From Nitrospirales bacterium (GTDB lineage: Bacteria; Nitrospirota; Nitrospiria; Nitrospirales; UBA8639): a stretch of 64,000 nt of DNA. Made by a program: the position numbers and the translations under genes. The DNA lies in the NCBI GenBank assembly GCA_963555755.3, contig OY820905.2, positions 3,872,001 to 3,936,000 on the forward strand. Direction: 5' to 3'. Under the pieces are notes generated by a model. That model made no database searches, was not told where the DNA came from, and worked only from the letters and a program-made list of their open reading frames with translations. Positions 60,746-64,000 of this stretch are shown in pieces (the first letter of the stretch is position 1; each line of letters begins with the position of its first letter).

Positions 60746-61690
60746 ATGAAGGAACAGGTAGGAGCAGGAAGCGAACTCGATCACCTTCTGAATCACTATA
60801 CCACGATTCTGCGGGCGGAACGTGGTTTGGCCAACAATACCCTGGATGCGTATCGCCGAGATCTCGCGAAGTTTAAAGGTTACTGTGCCAAGAAGAGCCT
60901 TCTCGGCCCCACGGATTTGACGAATCATACGGTGTTGGGGTTCCTCCAATTCCTCCGGGAGCAGGGCCTTTCCTCGACTTCCGTCGCGCGTTGCATGGCC
61001 GCCATTCGAGGCTTTTGTCGGTTTTTGACTACCGAAAAGGGACTGCCTGACGTATTGGCTCAGATTCCGCGTTCTTCCAAGCAATGGCTGAAATTACCCA
61101 AAACACTGACGGAAACTGAAATTACCCACTTGCTCGAGTTGCCCTCCAGGGAGGGTCCCGAGGAAGTACGGGATGCCGCGATGGTCGAATTGTTGTATGC
61201 CACCGGCCTGCGCGTGTCTGAGTTGATCAGCGTGGATCTCTCACAGGTCAATTTGGAGGTGGGCTATGTATTGGCAACCGGCAAACGGGACAAACAACGA
61301 ATGGTGCCCATGGGCGAAATTGCCCGAAAGAAAATTGAGCTCTACTGCCAAGAAGCCAGATCGGTTCTGCTCAAACATCACAACTCATCGGCCTTGTTTG
61401 TGACTCGTCGGGGACAACCAATGACGCGACAGAGTTTTTGGAACATTCTTCGGGCGCGAGCGGTACGTGCTGGCATCGTCAAACGAATTTTTCCTCATAT
61501 GCTTCGGCACTCGTTCGCCACCCACCTCCTGGATCACGGGGCTGACTTGCGTGCGGTCCAAATGATGCTCGGCCATGCCGACATTGCCACCACGCAAATT
61601 TATACTCATGTGGAGCAGCGCCGCCTCAAGGATGTTCATACGAAGCATTTCCCCAGGACCCAACGCCGTCGATCAAGTGGAAAGGCCTGA
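60746..61690 (+). CDS. xerD: Tyrosine recombinase XerD
   Basis: [45 protein letters not shown]. Confidence 0.9.
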   Translation: MKEQVGAGSELDHLLNHYTTILRAERGLANNTLDAYRRDLAKFKGYCAKKSLLGPTDLTNHTVLGFLQFLREQGLSSTSVARCMAAIRGFCRFLTTEKGLPDVLAQIPRSSKQWLKLPKTLTETEITHLLELPSREGPEEVRDAAMVELLYATGLRVSELISVDLSQVNLEVGYVLATGKRDKQRMVPMGEIARKKIELYCQEARSVLLKHHNSSALFVTRRGQPMTRQSFWNILRARAVRAGIVKRIFPHMLRHSFATHLLDHGADLRAVQMMLGHADIATTQIYTHVEQRRLKDVHTKHFPRTQRRRSSGKA

Positions 61691-61799
61691 AATCGTGATC
61701 CGTCATCTGTGATGCGTGATCCGTAAAGAACAAAGTTGTTTCCCCTTCCCGTGCTTCACTAATCACTACGCTGGGTTTTTCTTTAAGAATTTATATTGC

Positions 61800-62280
61800 A
61801 GGGTTTCGTCCCCGCGCGACGAGGCACTGTTGTTTCGGCAAAAGGACCCAAAACCATGTTTGCCCGTGCGCGGCCCTACAGAGAATGATCAAAACGTCTG
61901 TCAGCAAGGCCGCAGGCGCTTTGGCGCGCGCAGCGTACGTGGTAGTACGTGAGCACTGCAAAGGGTCGAAAACGCCGCTGACGGACGTTTTGATCATTCT
62001 CTTCCGGGTGCCTCCGCCTCCGTCCCGAATCAGGGTTCGCGCAAGAATAACTTCCCCTGTGTGGGTGGTGAGACGCCTGTCTGGCAAGGCGCGAGGACTG
62101 CGCAGACTCCTCGTATGAAAAGGACGAGCAACGCCGCCAGACAGGATGAATCGACGTCCAAACAGGGGAAGTTATTCTTGCGCGAACCCTAAGATGGCTC
62201 AGGAACTCGCTCTGCTCAAACAGCCTTCGCCGAGAAGTCGATTCGGGACGGAGGCTCCGCCGTGCCCCACACAAGGAAGT
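61800..62280. mobile_element. Repeat mosaic: outer palindromic element carrying a family C variant (61881-62001) and family A (62033-62189)
   Basis: Outer arms gcctccgtcccgaatc / gattcgggacggaggc flank the A copy. Confidence 0.7.
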
Positions 62281-62327
62281 GCTCTCCCCGAGGGACAACA
62301 AAAAGAAAAAATCCATTCCAAAGCATT

Positions 62328-62622
62328 GTCATTTCGAACGGAGAGAGAAATCTAGAACGCTGCCGACCCACACATGTTAACGAGGGATGGATCAAAAGTC
62401 AGCCAAAAAGAGCGGTCATCCCCGCAAGTGTTTAGCGGGGACCCACCACCTTCCGTCATCCCCGACGTTAGTAATCGGGGATCCATCCGAATTGGGTTTT
62501 TACTGCTTGTCATTTCGAACGGATGTGAGAAATCTTTACACATCGAACGGGCAAAGATTTCTCCCGTTGGTCGAAATGACAGCAAGCAACCTGGATTCCC
62601 GATTAAAAACGTCGGGAATGAC
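62328..62622. repeat. Cluster of REP/dRS3-like short palindromes
   Basis: gtcatttcgaac..agaaatct twice, gtcatccccg..cgggga twice, with inverted partners agatttctc..tcgaaatgac and ggattcccg..cgggaatgac. Confidence 0.7.
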
Positions 62623-62781
62623 GCGGTGGGAGTTGGATGGGAGGTAATTGTGTTGGTTGAGCCTTTACCTCTTTTATCCATATAGAATTTTGCTGTTTTC
62701 CCATTTTGCGCTTCACGCATTACGCCTCACGCTTCACGGTATTCCAGAGTTGCATTGGAAAAATCCTCTGTGGCAGGCTTA

Positions 62782-62959
62782 GGACCTGAGCGAAAATAAC
62801 TTGGACATCTCGCATCCAATCTTCGGGCCATCTTTGAACGGGCCTCAATCGAAACACCCTCACCATAGCTGTGCTATGCCTCGGGTTTTTCTCAATCGTT
62901 CCGTCCAAATCCGACCCAAATCTTGGCGCGGGATGTCCAAGTTATTTTCCCTCAGGTCC
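62782..62959. mobile_element. MITE family G, empty copy (178 bp)
   Basis: TIR ggacctgag.gaaaataacttggacat; TTA TSD. Confidence 0.88.
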
Positions 62960-63010
62960 TTAGCTCATTGAAAATGTTTGAATAATCGGTGTTTCTGAAG
63001 GAGGAAGAGC

Positions 63011-63196
63011 ATGAAGATGAAGCGGCAAGTTCATTATGTGAGGGGGGTGTTTGTGTGTCCCCAATGTAATCAAACGTTTGTCCAAGAGAACTGGATTGAA
63101 GAGAGGCGTGTTCGGTGCCATAAATGTGACTATCGTGGGACGTTGACGCATGTGTCCGTCGAGGAACACATGGAAGAGGAAACCGAACGGGTATAA
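63011..63196 (+). CDS. Small zinc-ribbon protein
   Basis: CPQC...CHKC; strong aggagg RBS; acidic tail. Confidence 0.65.
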   Translation: MKMKRQVHYVRGVFVCPQCNQTFVQENWIEERRVRCHKCDYRGTLTHVSVEEHMEEETERV

Positions 63197-63543
63197 GGAC
63201 CTGAAAGAAAATAACTTGGCCATCTCGCATCCAATCTTCGGGCCATCATTGAACCTAGAAGCAGCAGTTGGATCACAAAAGTCCGCGCAAGCTCTTGGCG
63301 CACCTGGCACAATACAAAAAGGTCTCATCACCACCGAGGTGACCACGACTTTTTGTATTGCACCATGCACACCAATTTCTTACACGTCTTTTTTGCGCCC
63401 AACTGCCGTTTCTAGGTTGAACGGGCCTCAATCGAAACACCCTCAACATAGCTGTGCTATGTCTCGGATTTTCCTCAATCGTTTCGTCCAAATCTGCCCC
63501 AAATCTTGGCGCGATATGGTCCAAGTTATTTTCTTTCAGGTCC
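63197..63543. mobile_element. MITE family G with family B (63253-63417) inserted
   Basis: G TIRs with TAA TSD; B flanked by duplicated TGA. Confidence 0.9.
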
Positions 63544-63711
63544 TAACGATCAGGGTCGTTGCCTGGTTTGCCCACAACATATTGTGCCGGGCACGGTTTC
63601 TTTTTTCTGCCAGAAAACGGGATGTGTGGGTGAGGCCGTCAGATCATTCCAAGGCATACAACATCATGCCAGATCCTATGCCCCCAGTGTCTTTTTACGC
63701 GAGTCGTCTTC

Positions 63712-64000
63712 ATGCATAACAGACTCTTTCTCAGATACCTGATAGTCTGGGTGAATGGTTTTGTGTGTCTTTCACTCGCTGTTGTTGTCCAACCTGTACA
63801 AGCAGATCAACAAGTCACGGTATTAGTCGCCTATCATTCGGTTTCAGGGCATACCGAAAAGATGGCACATGCGGTAGCTGAAGGGGCGCAGTCTGTTTCG
63901 GGGACACGCGTGCAAGTGGAACGCGTTGAGAAAGTCACTGCGAATGTGTTGTTTGCCGCTGATGCCTTGGTCGTCGGCTCGCCGGTGTATTGGTCGAATA
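63712..64000 (+). CDS. Flavodoxin/WrbA-like protein with possible signal peptide (3'-truncated by the window)
   Basis: VLVAYHSVSGHTEKMA, ADALVVGSPVYWSN; absent from the ORF track because it lacks a stop. Confidence 0.8.
   Translation, partial: MHNRLFLRYLIVWVNGFVCLSLAVVVQPVQADQQVTVLVAYHSVSGHTEKMAHAVAEGAQSVSGTRVQVERVEKVTANVLFAADALVVGSPVYWSN

Noticed and set aside
60746..61690. xerD as the integrase of the defence island
   Set aside because: It looks like the housekeeping recombinase, lies ~15 kb away among core genes, and no att/dif-like sites were seen at the island.

Overview
Bacterial chromosomal window. The gene set and dispersed repeats look Nitrospirales-like (inference only). In order it holds: a Pal/OmpA lipoprotein; a decayed cpaF copy; a Tad/Flp pilus cluster with a receiver-less sigma-54 activator and a sigma-54 promoter before flp; an intact IS66 (ISBst12-type) carrying a DUF4338/DruA-like passenger; STAS/PilZ, rusA, mraZ, comF, pyrD; an IS630; and an ABC permease. 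A ~13 kb defence/TA island follows, wedged between the convergent 3' ends of the permease and bioB. It contains FitAB-like VapBC, a type I R-M operon (hsdR-hsdS...hsdM) with CBASS (CdnE-like + Cap15-like) and DarTG inserted inside it, an orphan DUF2283 gene, Fic, and a MenAT-like pair. Three cassettes are each bracketed by a diverged duplicate of a neighbouring gene end (permease 3', hsdM 5', bioB 3'), and no integrase lies in the island. The rest is housekeeping (bioB, rsfS, nadD, proB, obgE, rpmA, rplU, ilvE, secG, tpiA, pgk, gap, trpS, xerD). Intergenic DNA is crowded with about eight families of palindromic MITE-like elements (labelled A-H here), some nested three deep and several sitting exactly on stop codons. 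No rRNA, tRNA or CRISPR array was recognised. All family calls come from motifs read by eye, with no database search.
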